Positions 26,901-48,089 of a stretch of DNA of 64,000 nucleotides are shown piece after piece (the stretch's first letter is position 1; every line of letters starts with the position of its first letter). The position numbers and the translations under genes were made by a program. This DNA is from the human T2T-CHM13v2.0 reference genome, Homo sapiens. The stretch is from NCBI RefSeq assembly GCF_009914755.1, contig NC_060936.1. The stretch is one strand, 5' to 3'. The notes under the pieces are model-generated. The model was not told where the DNA came from and did not search any database. It saw only the letters and a program-made list of their open reading frames with translations.

Positions 26901-29900
26901 TTTCTGCAGTTAACATCTTTGCACATAAATGTTTCTCTATACTTTAGATTATTTCCCTAAAATAGATATTTGTAAATTAAATTGTTGAGTGTAAACAGCC
27001 AAAACCCATGAGCTGTATTATATAATCGCTCTGCAATAAAGTAGAACCAGTTTTTATTCCCATCATCAGTATTTGAGTATCTCTTCTGCCATATCTTTAC
27101 CTAGTATTAGTATTATCTTTTTAAAAATGAAAACTCTCTAGGTTTATTGTAGGACAGTATCCTTTTTTTTTTTTTGCCTTTCTGTTTCTTCAGTTTTTGT
27201 AGTTCTCATTTCAAACATGAATTTCTAGATTTTTATGAGGCTACATTCGTATTTCCCTTAGAGAAGGATCAAGGATTCACACCTTCTGAGATGCCAGAAC
27301 ACAGCTTGCTTTACTTTTGCTTCATGGAAATTTGCCTAACCTATGGCTCCTTCCAGAGTCCTGCCAGGCGATCCATGGGTTGGGTCTAGGACCTGTAACA
27401 TAAGACTGAGTAGGTGCGTTAGAACCAGTGAGAAGCCTTTAAATTCTCATTTCCAGTCTCAAACAGACACCTGAATTTTTATTTAGAATCTCTGAGTGAG
27501 TAGGTTTGTTCTGCGTACTTACAAATATTTGGGTTTTAGATTGAAATGGGGGACATCAAAGATTCTGCTTGTGTTCGGATCTTAAAGAAATACCAGGACT
27601 CACTCAGGTAACTTGTAAAAGTCTACAATGGAGGGGCTTACATTGGCTGGAGTTATTCTTGACACAATCTGTTTTTTAGTCCTGAAGTCATTCTGGCTGT
27701 TTCCAAAGCTGCTCAAACAATTAATCAGTGTGCTCTAAAGGCAGGGTACCACGAGCATGATTTCCAGGCAACTAAAACACAATGAATTATTGGTCTTATG
27801 ATACCCATGAGGCTTGATTCTCTTTTCCTCAAAGAATGGTGGAAACTTCTTTTTATTCTAAGCCTTAGGGCCTCAAGGCATTTGTAAATAGATCTTTGAA
27901 TTATTGCTTACAGCTGGTTGCTAAACTGAGTACTTTGGCCTAAGTACTAAAGTAAGAACTAAGGTCTCCTGCTTTATATCTCTTTGCTTAAAATTTACAC
28001 TAAAAGTAAAACAAATTTTTAAAGAACTACCCATTTAATACACAAAGTTTAGTTTTTTTTAAAAGAGAGATGCCTCTAACAGGCATTATACTGTTAAGAT
28101 CTGATTTTTCACTGCTGAGATTAACTGTATTGCCTGACTCAGAACTGACCCGGTTAAAAATCAGGTCTAGAACAAGGTCTGCTCCTGATCCATCCCCAGT
28201 ATTTGCCTCCATTATGCAAAGTACTTTACTCTCTTTCTGGCTCCAAGAATAACAAACAGGTTGCAAGGAACTTGGCTGAAGAAAAAGGACACAAAGTCTC
28301 TCCGTTCCTGTTTCTCTTCATTTGGCTTGAGGCATAAATCTGCTTCCAAAGCAAAGCTGACTTCTTTAGGGAGCAGGCCTCTGCTCCCAAACTGCATAGG
28401 TGATTTTGGAAGCAGTAAAAAAAGAAGAAAGAGAAGAAGAGAAAAGGATCCAATAGTTCCTACCAGGGCTTAAGGAATAGGAAAGAAGATTGCATTAGGT
28501 ACAAGTCCATTTATGAAGACATTTAGGGCTCACAATAAAACATATAAAATGTGTTTTAAAAGTAAAACCATGTTTTTAAAAAGCATACAAAGCGGCAGTG
28601 GAAGAGATAAATGAGAATCAACTCACAATTGAAGGGAAAGGAAGAGGCCTTAAGAAGATAGAGTAGTACTATCTGCTTTAGACAGGACAGGACAATTTAT
28701 GGGCTGAATACATGACAATATAGAGTCATGGAGTGATGGATATTATGTGGTGGGGCAAGGTAAAACAGTGCCCTCCTTCTCTTACCTGCCTGATTCAAGG
28801 ATGGAGAAGACACTAAAGTGATTGATATAGACAAAGCTATGCTTCTTGCATTGAGACACTGTCCACTCTAAATAGACACAAACTTTAGAATTTGTATTAC
28901 ATATATATTTTAAGCAAAAATGTATTAAGTACTTCTATTTGTAAAACATCATGCTGGGCATACTAGGCCCTGAGGGGTTTCAAAACATGAATAAAAAGTA
29001 GAAGAAATGTATACATGGCCACAAATGATAGCTAGGAACAAGCAAGGGGGAGACAGAAGAAGTATATTGAGTGTGGGCCTCATGTGGACCTAGCCAGTCT
29101 TGGAGTTCCATTTGTAGTGATGATATGGGCTACTTAGCTCAAGATAAGAGCTGGGAAAATAGACAGAAAGTGTTTTAAATTATGTACTTCTGATGTGGTT
29201 GGGGTCAGAAGTGCCACCGAGATTTGCAGAAGTGAAAGCAGCTTAGAGAGAAGAGACACTTTTAATTCTTGGTACATCTTTTAAAAATGATAGACGTTAA
29301 TCATGTTTTTGCTAAATTATTCCTACTACTTACATAGATGGTTTTATTGAGGGGATATTATAACTATCTACCAAAACATGTTTGTTTTAGATATTTGTAT
29401 TCTCGTAGGTACTGATGTTAATATAAATTATCAAGAAGAAGAATAATTGGGTTTGTTCTAAAAAGAAGAGTTGTCAAGCTATTAGTAATCCTGGTGGGAA
29501 TACTATTTTTAAATATTTACAGCAAATTCCTTCCTTAATAATTCAGAATGTCCATTCTGGAATTCCATCCCCTTAACTTGCACTTCGTTTTCCCCCTTTG
29601 AGAGAGTTTTATGCGTCTTTGGACCAAGGGGTTCTTCCTAGGGTCCACCTGCTTGAGGTCATGACTCTGAGTCTGGTTGCTTATTCTTCCTTTCTTCATC
29701 TCACTCGTTAAAATCAAAGCCTTGGCTCCTCAGCTGGAATCCAGATCTAGCATAAAATGACTCCTGTTGACTTTTCTTGCCTTACCTACCATCATTCCTT
29801 CACATATTTTTGGTGGTCAACTATGATCTTCTACTTTATGAAAATGTCTTCCATTTGTTTGGGATATTTTCATACTGGATCCTCACACTTTTTATATGCA

Positions 29901-30250
29901 CTCAAAATCAGTCAATCAACTGCAGCTTCTCCACACATCCACCTGGTTCTTCTTTGTCTGTCCTAGCAGATACCTGCCCTTACCTGTTGACCTCCCAGCT
30001 TCCTGGAAAAGCCCCAGTGTAGCCTTGACTATCATAAGAACACAATATCCTCATTCTTTAAAATGCTTCCAACATTTCCATCCTTAAAACCCTTAAATTG
30101 TGCTGGAGTTTTGGGACTAGGAAGCAGGGGAGCAGGTCAGACTGCCTCAAGCCTCCTAAAACACTTTTGTACTGTACACCCCTCAACCCCTGCCAAACTC
30201 AAGAATTATAAACTCACAAATAGCTCCATCAGCTTCTGCCTTTAAGGTTC

Positions 30251-30714
30251 AGTATTAGTTTTCTAGGGTTGCCAACAAATTAACATAAACTTGTTAGCCT
30301 AAAACAACAGAAATTTACTCTCTCATAGTTTGGAGACCAAAATCAAGGTGGTGGCAGGGCTGCATCCTCTCCAAAGGCTCCATTCCTTGCTTCTTTCAGC
30401 TTCTGATGGCTCCACATATCCCTTGGCTTGTGGCTACATCACTTTCATATCTACCTTGGTGGTCTCATGGCCTTCTGCTCTTCTAGGTGTGACTCTTCTC
30501 TGTGTCTTTCTTTTATAAAGACATTTGTCATTGGATTTAGAGCCCACCTAGAAAATTTAGGATAATCCTACCCTAAGATTCTTAACACTTACAACCTTAA
30601 TTTGAGGGTCTGCCAAGCCTTTTTTTTTTTCCATATAAGATAACATTTACAGGTTCTGGTAATTTGGACATGGACATTTTTTGGGTGGAGAAAGGTACCA
30701 TTTAACCCAATACA
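30251..30714 (-). mobile_element. Solo MaLR LTR (MLT1 family)
   Basis: gtattagttttctagggttgcc...aaaacaacagaaatttactctctcatagtt...aatcaaggtg...ttggatttagagcccacc...aataca. Confidence 0.8.
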
Positions 30715-30774
30715 GCCTGTTTTCTATAAGGGGTTAAAATCATTGAAAAGTGTCCAGTAAAAAAGGGCTACCTT

Positions 30775-31108
<334 letters not shown>

Positions 31109-32029
31109 TTATCACTTCACTCTGTAAACAGCCCTTCACAAACCAAAACTTCACTTTACTTCTTTCAATTACCTAGAAAAATGTCCTTATGCATGTGAAT
31201 TAAAACAAACAGTTTCCTATTTGGTGTGAGGGAGGAGTGAAAGAGGAGATAAAGAGGTAGAAATCCTTAATGAATCTTAATAAATCAAAACAGAGGCGAA
31301 GGTAAAGGGAAACTTTTAATCAGAAAGTCAAAAATATATGTCAAATCTACAGAACAAATCCATAACAAAATAAGAAATTAGATGGCAAAAGTAGTGTCTA
31401 GCAGAGTTAAAATTATGGCAGGGTGAGATGGGACAGTCTGAGCCATGCGAGAATTTGTCCAAAAGTAGAAACTGGACCCTGGGGTGCTTAGCATTTATTG
31501 TGTTGATGGACACGTCATCTTTAAAAATTATGTATTCATGGTCTACATTGCCAGATAAAACTTCCCTAAATGATAAGATATTGCGTCATAGACAAGCCTA
31601 CAGGTACAGGTATTTATATGGATAGGTTGATTATTAAAAACTCGTGGAAATATTTGAGGCAAGCTTATAATAATGCACAGATCTACCTTGGTTGCATGTT
31701 TTATTATACCTCAATTAAATAAGCAAGCTAAGATCACATTCCACCCATAATTTATCATCTAATCTATATTAGTATCTAGTAGCATGAATTCTGAGGGATA
31801 CTTAACAAATCTTAATAAAATTATTATGACATTTATTATCACTTGTCCAAATGATTTGAGTATAAATCTATAAAACCAAGTAAAAAGGATATAAACATTA
31901 ACCTTTTCTACCTAGTTATAAATCGTTTGCTAGCCATAGACTATATCAGTGGCAATACATAAAATTTTGCTGCTCCAATTGTACCTTTATCTCAGGAAAT
32001 CTTTTTAGATTGCACCTTCAGAATACAGC

Positions 32030-32150
32030 TCCTTGCTATTCAAGGTGCAGCTCATGGACTAGCACCAAGCCTGGAGGCTTGTTAGACATGCAGAATTGCA
32101 GACTCCCTGCCTCAAACTTACTTACATAGGTGATTCATATGCATATCACT
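32030..32150. mobile_element. MER5-like DNA transposon fragment
   Basis: gcttgttagacatgcagaatt...aggtgattcatatgca motifs. Confidence 0.5.
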
Positions 32151-32346
32151 CTTTGTAAGTTTATTATATATTAAACCTCTTCTCTTACTCCCTTGAATTT
32201 AACATTTTGTCATTCCTAGTTGTAGTTTTTACTTCAACTCAGTGTAATATATACCATTCTCCCTGAAATAGTAAAATAAAAAGGGAAGTTATAAAAGTGA
32301 TAAGTTAATCAACCTGTATTCTCTATTTACTATTTATTTTATTCAG

Positions 32347-32496
32347 ATCCCCCAATTATTGAAGGAAATATGGAGGCAGCAAGAGCAGTGGACTTAATCC
32401 CATGGATGGAGTATGAATTCCGCGTGGTAGCAACCAATACACTGGGTAGAGGAGAGCCCAGTATACCATCTAACAGAATTAAAACAGACGGTGCTG
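32347..32496 (+). CDS. CNTN1: CNTN1 internal coding exon: second half of FNIII-1
   Basis: ttttattcag|AT...GCTG|gtatgt; 150 nt, phase 1-1; (D)[49 protein letters not shown], containing the FNIII LxPxxxYxFRV motif. Confidence 0.97.
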
Positions 32497-32634
32497 GTAT
32501 GTATATACAAGAAACTTGAAATTTTAAAAGATTTCTAAATACAGTGCCACTTTCATATATGGTTGAATGTATTTGAAAATAATGCTCTGAGGTAAGTGAT
32601 TCATCTGAAAAGCATGTGTGTGTATTTCACTATC

Positions 32635-32727
32635 AAGACAGTCAAAAATCAAAAGAGGAAATATGAAGTTTAAGAATATTTTAAGACAGTCAAAAATCAA
32701 AAGAGGAAATATGAAGTTTAAGAATAT
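32635..32727. repeat. 48-bp tandem duplication
   Basis: aagacagtcaaaaatcaaaagaggaaatatgaagtttaagaatat at 32635 and 32683, identical copies. Confidence 0.95.
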
Positions 32728-33125
32728 ATTAATTAAGAATTAATATAGAGGAAGAGGTGAATAGGAACTACTGAAATGCCACTGGAGACCATTGGAATGA
32801 CGTAAGTATTTAGATTATAAACTTTAATGTAAATTCTGAATCTTAACTAGGCAGACTCTTGCTTGATTAAACATGTTTCATGATTTAGAAGGTTCATAAT
32901 TCTGTGTCTCTCTCGAACTCATTTATAACTGAATGGCCAAGTCGGTGGATATTTTATGGTAAATACCAACTGCAATTAAATAGTGCCAAAATTTTAGGTT
33001 TGATATTACTTGGAAATAATTTTTTCCTAACATTTAAGGATAAGTAGACATCATGGTAAATATTCTTCAGAGTTACATGTGAACCACTGATAGTGAGCAT
33101 ATCACTTCTAGATATGATCTTAAGT

Positions 33126-33164
33126 ATTCAGAGTCCAGAGTGTTCACCATTACCCCGTGGAACC
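33126..33164 (-). pseudogene. Tailless retropseudogene of the tRNA-Gln(CTG) 5' half
   Basis: Minus strand GGTTCCACGGGGTAATGGTGAACACTCTGGACTCTGAAT matches the 5' 39 nt of tRNA-Gln-CTG (about 3 mismatches, from memory); flanked by the perfect 21-bp direct repeat tctagatatgatcttaagtat (33107-33127, 33168-33188). Confidence 0.88.
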
Positions 33165-35361
33165 AGCTCTAGATATGATCTTAAGTATAAATTATATTCA
33201 GACATTTAGGTATGAAAGAATTAGATTGAATCTCTCCGAGACATTGTTTTTGTTATTATTATTCTTAAAAAATATTTAATGTTGTCACTTCTACTTTGAG
33301 ATTAAAAAATAATTTAAGACAGATCTTATGGTAATCATGTCTAGATGATGAGCCTATATATTGTAAAGAAATCATTTTCTGAGATAAATAATACAGATAA
33401 TATTTGCAACAAAATTCCAAGAAAGAAGGAGGGAGGCCTACATCTATTATCAGTGTCAAAGAAAGTATCCTTTCTCTCTGACGATTTTTACTTCAAAGAA
33501 TGGTGTTCAGCTAAGACTTAGGTCATATTGTATTAGTCAAGAAATCACAGAAAATTAATTAAACTCCATGATTAAAGGTCTGTATTTGAGATAGGTAAGT
33601 AAAAATATTTTACCTGAGATGTTTGTTTAGACCAATTTAATCACTTAGTATTTTTCTGCAATTTTAGTGAATGCTTGTTAAATCAAATCAAATACATGAT
33701 CTGTCAGTATAAAATTACATAGGTAAACCACCAGTGGAATCATGCCACAGTTTCTTTATATTTTTGTTTTTAAAGAAAGAGCAACAGTGTTCGGTCCATA
33801 ATACAGAAGCCTCTATTACAAACATATGCAGCTCTAGGGAATAATAATAAAAACCAAACACAAGAATCCTGGCTATGTGGTATCTGTCTCCTATAAAGCT
33901 TCATCTTAGATTACCTACATATCCTGATGAAATTTCTGTGAGGTAGAGAAAAGCAAACACTAGTGTTCATTTTGTAGGTGGATATGCTAACACAAAAAAT
34001 TTAGTGTTTACGTCATATCTAGTATCATAGTTAAGGTTGAAATCTAAGTTTCTATTAGAACTCTAATAAAGATTCATATAAATAGATGTGTTTCTAGAAT
34101 CCTGCTTGAGAAGCCGACTTTGAGAAAACTCAATGTATGAGAACAGCTGTCAGATCTAAATTTGAATTCTGAATCTTGCAATTAGTCATATTAACTTAGA
34201 TAAACTATTTAGTGTCTCTGAGTTTATTGCCCATTAATGAACATGAGCATAGGACTACCTATGTCAAAATGTTATTATGAGGATTAAATGAAATGGATGT
34301 GAAAATATTGAACATAGACCAAGTATTTTAGTGCTTTGGCCCCTTAATTTCAGAATTATCCTTTTTTATCTAATAAATTACATTAAATTACATGAAACTT
34401 TAAGAGATAGTTTACTTATAGCAGTCCCTGTTTAAAGACATTAGAACTCATAACTATATTTAGAAGTTAGGCCAAGGAACTGAGGTAAACAGAAATGTAG
34501 AGAAGTGATATTAAGAGATCACAGTAGCATTTTAATGGAACTCTGCCATTCATTTAAAATCTTCTCTACACCATCTAAAACACTGAAGTTTGGCAAGTCC
34601 TAGTCAAATGAGCTCAGAGAGGCTACATTTTTTTTTTGATATAGGGAATAATAAAAGAAGAGCTATCATTAGAATCAGAACAACATTTTTCCTTAGTGAT
34701 ATAGGGGAGAAGGAAAAAATAATAGAGTATTTCCTGCTCTAAAGGCACAGTTGTTACTTTAAACCAACTTATTTTTGTCATCACCTTCTTTAGGCATCAC
34801 CTCTTACATTTTCTCAAATGGTATTTTGTTAAGGACTTAGTTCCCCATCTGATGTGCTTACAAAATAACTTCCCTTACAAGCCATTAGAGCCAAGGCCAA
34901 AAGCAAACACACCTATTCACAGAGTAAGATACAACCTTGTAGTGATATGAGATGATTCATTCTTCTCAATTGTAAAAAAAAAATTAATTCTGTAACTTCT
35001 AACACATTTGTTAATCTATCATCAGAAAATATTTTGAGATCTTTGATTAATAAACTCATTACTATAGTTTACACATTTGCAGTATATTGTCAGACACAGT
35101 GCTTAGTTCTCTGTTTGCATTGCTTAAGTTAATTCCCACAATAACTTTATGAAACAGATGAGGAAGTTAAGATTACACCCAGCTAATGTGAGGCAGAGCT
35201 GGGATTCAAATCTAGGTGTTTCTCATCTAAAGGCTTTGCTCCTAAACCACTTTCTGAAGACAGTGGGCAGTATTGTGGCTCCGGGCCACTGATCCTTTGG
35301 TGGAATGCCCGCATTATTATCTAAAAGCTATGTAATTTGAGGCACATTACTTAACCTCTGA

Positions 35362-35658
<297 letters not shown>

Positions 35659-38600
35659 TGAGTCTCACTTTTTTCATTTCTAAATGGGAATCATTTATCT
35701 TAAGGGATGATTTTTATGTTTACAAACATATTAGGAAAGCAGTTAGCACTGCACTGCATAGTATTTGCTCAATAAAATTTATTTATTATGCTATTAAATG
35801 TCCTTTAAAAATTTAATATGCTTACAAGAAAATATGGTCTCCTGTCTACTTTGTAATGGATTACCCATTTAGCAATACATTTCCAATTTTTATAAGCATA
35901 GAAGAAAGATCATATAATTTTATGTAATTTTCAATAATCTTTTAAAAGTCATTTTATGTATTTGATATAAAATTCTACAGAATTTCTCTACTGTTTTGCC
36001 ATTTACTTGCTTTATTAAAATTGAATATGCATCAAATTGGACATTTACATTTTTCATTTTTATAAGAAAATAAAAATACTTTCTAAATGAGGGATGTTTG
36101 TCTTGTCGTGTACCATTATAACAACTCTCTAAGAGATGCCAGCATATGCTATGTGGGACAAAGGCTGGTTCCCATTTGATGGAAAGGTTGGTCCCCAGCC
36201 TCATTATGCTGATTGAAAGACATGACATTATCCAATGCCACACATGCCCTTATCTGTCCAATTACTTAATGTTAAGATCTCAGCGCACACTTGGGTGCAT
36301 TCTTTGGATTCAGACACGTGCATTATAAAATGGATGCTCCCAAATGAAAAATTAGAAGATGTATTTGTAATTCATTTTAACCCATTTAATTTTGACTGTA
36401 GAAAAGAGATAACAAAAGTACCCTTTGAAATAATGTGTCATTGTAAGACATGCCCCCATGGCTAATAGCTCTGCAGGTTCAGTTGGTGAGTCCACATCCT
36501 AAAATGGTACATTCAGGTTTGTTTTAACAGCTTTCTTTATTAGCCAGATCAAGCCAGTCAAAGAAAGGAAAGAGAAAAAAGAATAAAACCAGGAACAACA
36601 CTTTCATATTATGTATAAAGCCTTGATTTCATGCCTAATGAAGGTCTGTTGTTCTTTCATTTAGTATTCTTTCTCATTCTTTCTTTTTTCTTTCTCTTTT
36701 TCACACATATTTGATAAAAGAGAAGAATAGAACTAAGAAAATATTTTATAGCTGGTAAGGTACTATGTGATGTTAGTTGCTGTCATTAATACTTAAATAG
36801 ATAAATCTTTAAAAGAAGCAAAGAGGATAGATTTTTAAGCCATCTGAAGACCTGAATTAAAGATGGCAGCTTCTCCACATGTAAGCAGTATAATCTGGGC
36901 AAGTTAATTAGTGTATTCGGGACACATTTGCCTTTCCTATTAAGAGAGGGGATAATGCCAATTCTCCATGATGCTGATCTGGGTATCCAATTAGATGAAG
37001 TATATGAAAATAACTTCTAAGTTCTAGATGTGTGTATTATTAAGCTGAGATCATTCATTCAGCAAACTTTTATATTTAACATATCGAATTAAAACTAGTT
37101 GTACATATTTATTTTTTACCACTATGAGAAAATCATATCCAGTACTGGAATCTGATTTTATTCATATTGTTATCTTTAGTGCTTCACACAACACAATGTC
37201 CATAGTTGGTACTCAAAAATATTTGTAGAAGATAAAAAGGAGAAACCAGGAGGGTAAGATGATGATTGGGGCTATTGGAAGTTAATTGAGGATGATGAAA
37301 AAAAAAGGAGTGATCAAGGCAACAATAGATTTGCATATTATAATTTAGAAGAATCTATTGCCAAATACATTGTGTTTTGATGATTGAAAACAAGTTTAAC
37401 ATATACATTCGATGCTATTGTCCATATACTGATGAAAGAAGAAAGCGGTCATTTTTTAACTTAATTTAAACAAATAGTCTGTAACTGGTTTGGATTCTTC
37501 ATAAGAATTTTACTGTGGATAATTATAATTTTAATGTAAAGAATTCTTTTCTGCCCATCCAAACATTTTCCCCAACTGACTTATTCTTAGATTATCATTT
37601 CATTGTGCAACTAAAAACTCATTCTGCTTCACCTATTTAAATTTCTTGTTTGAAAACAAGGCCTATAACAATAAACAAACCTACAATTTCTATCTGATGA
37701 GACATAACTATCTGTGACCCTCTATCTTTTTAAGCTACAATGGGAACATCATTTTAACATGGTGGATTATATTAGGGGTGTTAGCAATCCACTCCTCTAT
37801 CAGAGCAAGCGCTCAGAAGAGTTGCAAAGAACTATTCTCATTTTAATATTAAAATATTATATAGTTCATTTGATTTTTTTGATAGCTCTTCAGAATTATA
37901 TACTTAAGTGCTTAAAGTATAATAAAAAAGAATGTATGTATAAATATAGAATTAATGCAGGTGTTAGACTTCAGTCCTTTTGGTTTTCCAAACTAGAGCA
38001 CTATTTACATAACCATGTTGAATCTCTTACTAAAAAAATTGTATTAAATCACCATGAAATTCCAATGCAAGTTAAAGTAAAAAGTTACATTCATGATTAA
38101 CTTTTCATCTGTAAAAATGACTGTATAAGTTAAAGTTATAATTAACAAGAATTAAAGTAGTCAATATGTTTTCAATCAAGAGCTTATCTTCATATACTTT
38201 ATAATTTTTATAATTTAGGATTTGTCACAAGCCAATTTGTACATTCTTAAATAAAACATCAAAGCCCAAAGAGATACTTATATGCAAATTATTTAAGCAT
38301 TCAGATCTGAAAGGAAAATTGGCAGCATTAATTTCTTTTCATGGGAAAGAATAGTCATGGCATTGGCTTGATTTTCTTTAAAAAAAATTTTTAGATCTAT
38401 GACTGAAATACAGAAGCACTCTTATAAGCATCATAAGGGAATTACTATTAAATAGAAATTAAGACAAAAGGACAAGTTAAAGCAGCTCACTATTTTTAAC
38501 CGTTCACAGTAAAATTATACATGTTATTAATAAATGATTAATAATTCAATAATTTTTCTGAATAGTTTAAATTCTTTTTAATGATTTATTGTGTAAAGAA

Positions 38601-38884
38601 TGTCTAGTTTGTTTCCTGTTAAGTGCACTGGAGCCTAAACTTAAGCTTCCTTGTACTTAGGGTGATTTACTTCCCTGAAACAAATCATGCTTTGGCCAAG
38701 TCCCCATTTCTGCAGGGCTGAGTGCAAATAGAGCACCTAACTCCTCTATTCTCAGATTCATGTTAAATATGTAGGTTTTGTGTCAATTCCACCTGTGAAA
38801 AACTTTTTCTAATATGCTAAGGCTACAATTGAACATTCAAAGCTAAATGAGAGAAATTAAATCAATAATCCAAGTAAGATATAA

Positions 38885-39230
<346 letters not shown>

Positions 39231-39854
39231 TATTCTGTGCTTTTGTTTATGTCCCATTTTCCATGGACTGAGCTCAGTGAATGATCTCTGAAGAGCAAAT
39301 CAGTCTTGAAAATATATTACAAAGTGCTTAAAAGAAACATGATAAAATGGAAAGAGATATTCAATCTAATTTAAACATACTCCATTTTTAGGTCTGTTCC
39401 AAATAAAAAGGCTAATATTGCTTATAATGAAAAACATTTCAGTAAAATGCTTTAACAAATAATACTTGTCCTAAGGAAGGCAATATTTGATTCAACAAAT
39501 TGCAGTATAATATTTTAGAGTTATTTTTGAAATTATTTGCCTGTGACTACTATACTTGTACTTAAACACCCTTATTGTTTGATTATAGGACAACTTACTT
39601 TTTGTTTTCCTATAGCATGAAAAGTTTTAACTTCAGAATATGAGTTATAGGGGTAAAAGAGTTCCTAGAAGTTATTTTAATACTCCAGCTCTTAATATAT
39701 ATTATATCTAAAGTGCTACAAATTATTTTTTAACCCTGTGTAGTCAGTTTCATTTTCTAACAGTCATGTAATCACAGTTGAATAGTAAAATAAAATCTCT
39801 CAAACTTCATATTATTAATAATTTCTCTATGGGGAAACAAAATAATCATATAGT

Positions 39855-45745
<5,891 letters not shown>

Positions 45746-46116
45746 TCCACCATATAGTTCTGCATATAGTTTTATTTGTTTCTGTGCAATTAATGTACAT
45801 ACTTCACCAAAGAATTTACATAGCTAATATCAGAAGTTTTCATGTAGGTATCTTTGAATCACAATTATTAGGAGCTACAATTCAGTAAAAGGATACCTTG
45901 CTTTCAGCACTCTAAGGAAGATGTGGCTATTCCAAAATGGGAGGGCATTTGGGGACTAATATTTCATCTCTTTGAAATGTTAACAGATTTGAGGATGGTA
46001 TGTCAGACTGAGTCAAAGCATTTGCATGGGAAAAGGTATGTCCTCTATAGAAACATGGACTTCATCCAGATGGCTGGGTAGCTGGGTGGTGCCCAGATTG
46101 CAGGAACAAACAATGA

Positions 46117-46584
<468 letters not shown>

Positions 46585-46634
46585 AGTTTTGTGTGTTTTT
46601 AAAGAGAAATTTCAGTTATTTAAAGAAATGGATA

Positions 46635-47241
46635 TGAAGCAGCTATATCACCTGGGGTATATACCCTGGGGTTTGTCATCTTGCACCAGGAAAACTTAGG
46701 ACATGGACTCACACGAGGAGTTTAGCAGCAGAGGTTTAATAGGCAGAAGAGAAGTGAAAGAGAAACAGTTCTCTCTCTATAGAGAGAGGGGTCCCTCAGT
46801 GGAAAAGACTGGCTGTCAGTGAATGTGCCAAATTTTATAGTCAGGTTTGAGGAGGCGGTGCCTGATTTACATAGGGCTCACAGATTGGTTTGATCAGGTA
46901 TGACGTTCACACAATGCATGCGGAAGGTGGTTGTCCCACTCTAATGTTAGCATGCAAATGGGCTTTCCAGTTGACTGGTGCCATCTTCTCTGCTTCTCAC
47001 TGTACACTTGGCCGACAAAGGGAAGAGAAGATGGACCATCTTGAACATGTATAGTCCTTACTTCCTGCCAGCATTCACCCATGCAAGCTCCCAGCTTGCT
47101 TGTTTATGTCTGCAGCTCAACTTTACAGGCTGCTCTTTGTTAGAAAATGATTTGTGGCTGCCTTTCAATAAAAAGCAAAGCCTTACCAAGGACTCTCATT
47201 CAGTTACTTTCTGCCTAAGTGATTTCTTAACTTCTATATCG
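46635..47241 (-). mobile_element. 3' LTR of the provirus
   Basis: Homologous to 52099-52715; preceded on the minus strand by the PPT agaggggggaa (47242-47252). Confidence 0.9.
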
Positions 47242-48089
47242 TTCCCCCCTCTGGAGTGGTAACCCTAATTGCTGTTAGTGGTCATTTGAATGATGACTCT
47301 TTCTGGCAACTTCCTCCTATAAAGGGGCATTGTGTGGGGAACAGCAGCTATGGCTCCTCCTGGGGTCAATCTAAGGGTCCTTGGAAGAAAGGCATGTCCA
47401 TGTATGGTTCTGTCTGCAGCACCATTTGGAGTTTGATTGTTTCTAAATGAGAAGAGATGAATGTTAGTTCGAATATGACTATTAAGATTGCCACTATTAG
47501 TGGAGGTACCATAGGCCACAATCATAACAGTAGGGTTTGTTACCTGTCAGTCATTTTGATGAAATGAAATACTGGTTTGCTTCTACCAAATGTTGCTGTA
47601 CTTTATCAGAAGTGTTGATATAAAAGCAACATTTTTTTTTCTTTGAGAAAAACATATATACCCCCGTTGCTTTGCCATTAGGGGATAATTTCTGGTCTAG
47701 GTCATCTTTTTTAACTTGCAATATGATTGGGAGAAATATGTCATTGGGTGGCTAGTGTAATTTTAGTGTTAACCCTAGCTAAATCTTTCCTGCAATTAAT
47801 TCCTTCACAGCTTCCACCAACTATCTATGACATGCTTAAACTTTCTGGCTTGTCCTAAACATCCTTCTTTTTAAACAACCAACTATTCTTTTTAGGACAT
47901 GTATTTACCATCCTTCTAATCCTTTCATGACTTCCATGAACCATCTATGACATGCTTAAACCTTCTGACTTGTCCTAAACATCTCTCTTTTAAACAACTA
48001 GCTATTTTCTTTAGGACAAGTATTTCTCATACAAGATCCCTTCTTATATAAAATCTCTTTCCTTTATAACCTTCTTTGCACCAAACGGT

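Noticed and set aside
33126-33164. Functional tRNA gene
   Set aside because: Only the 5' half is present; no B box, T arm or 3' acceptor strand.
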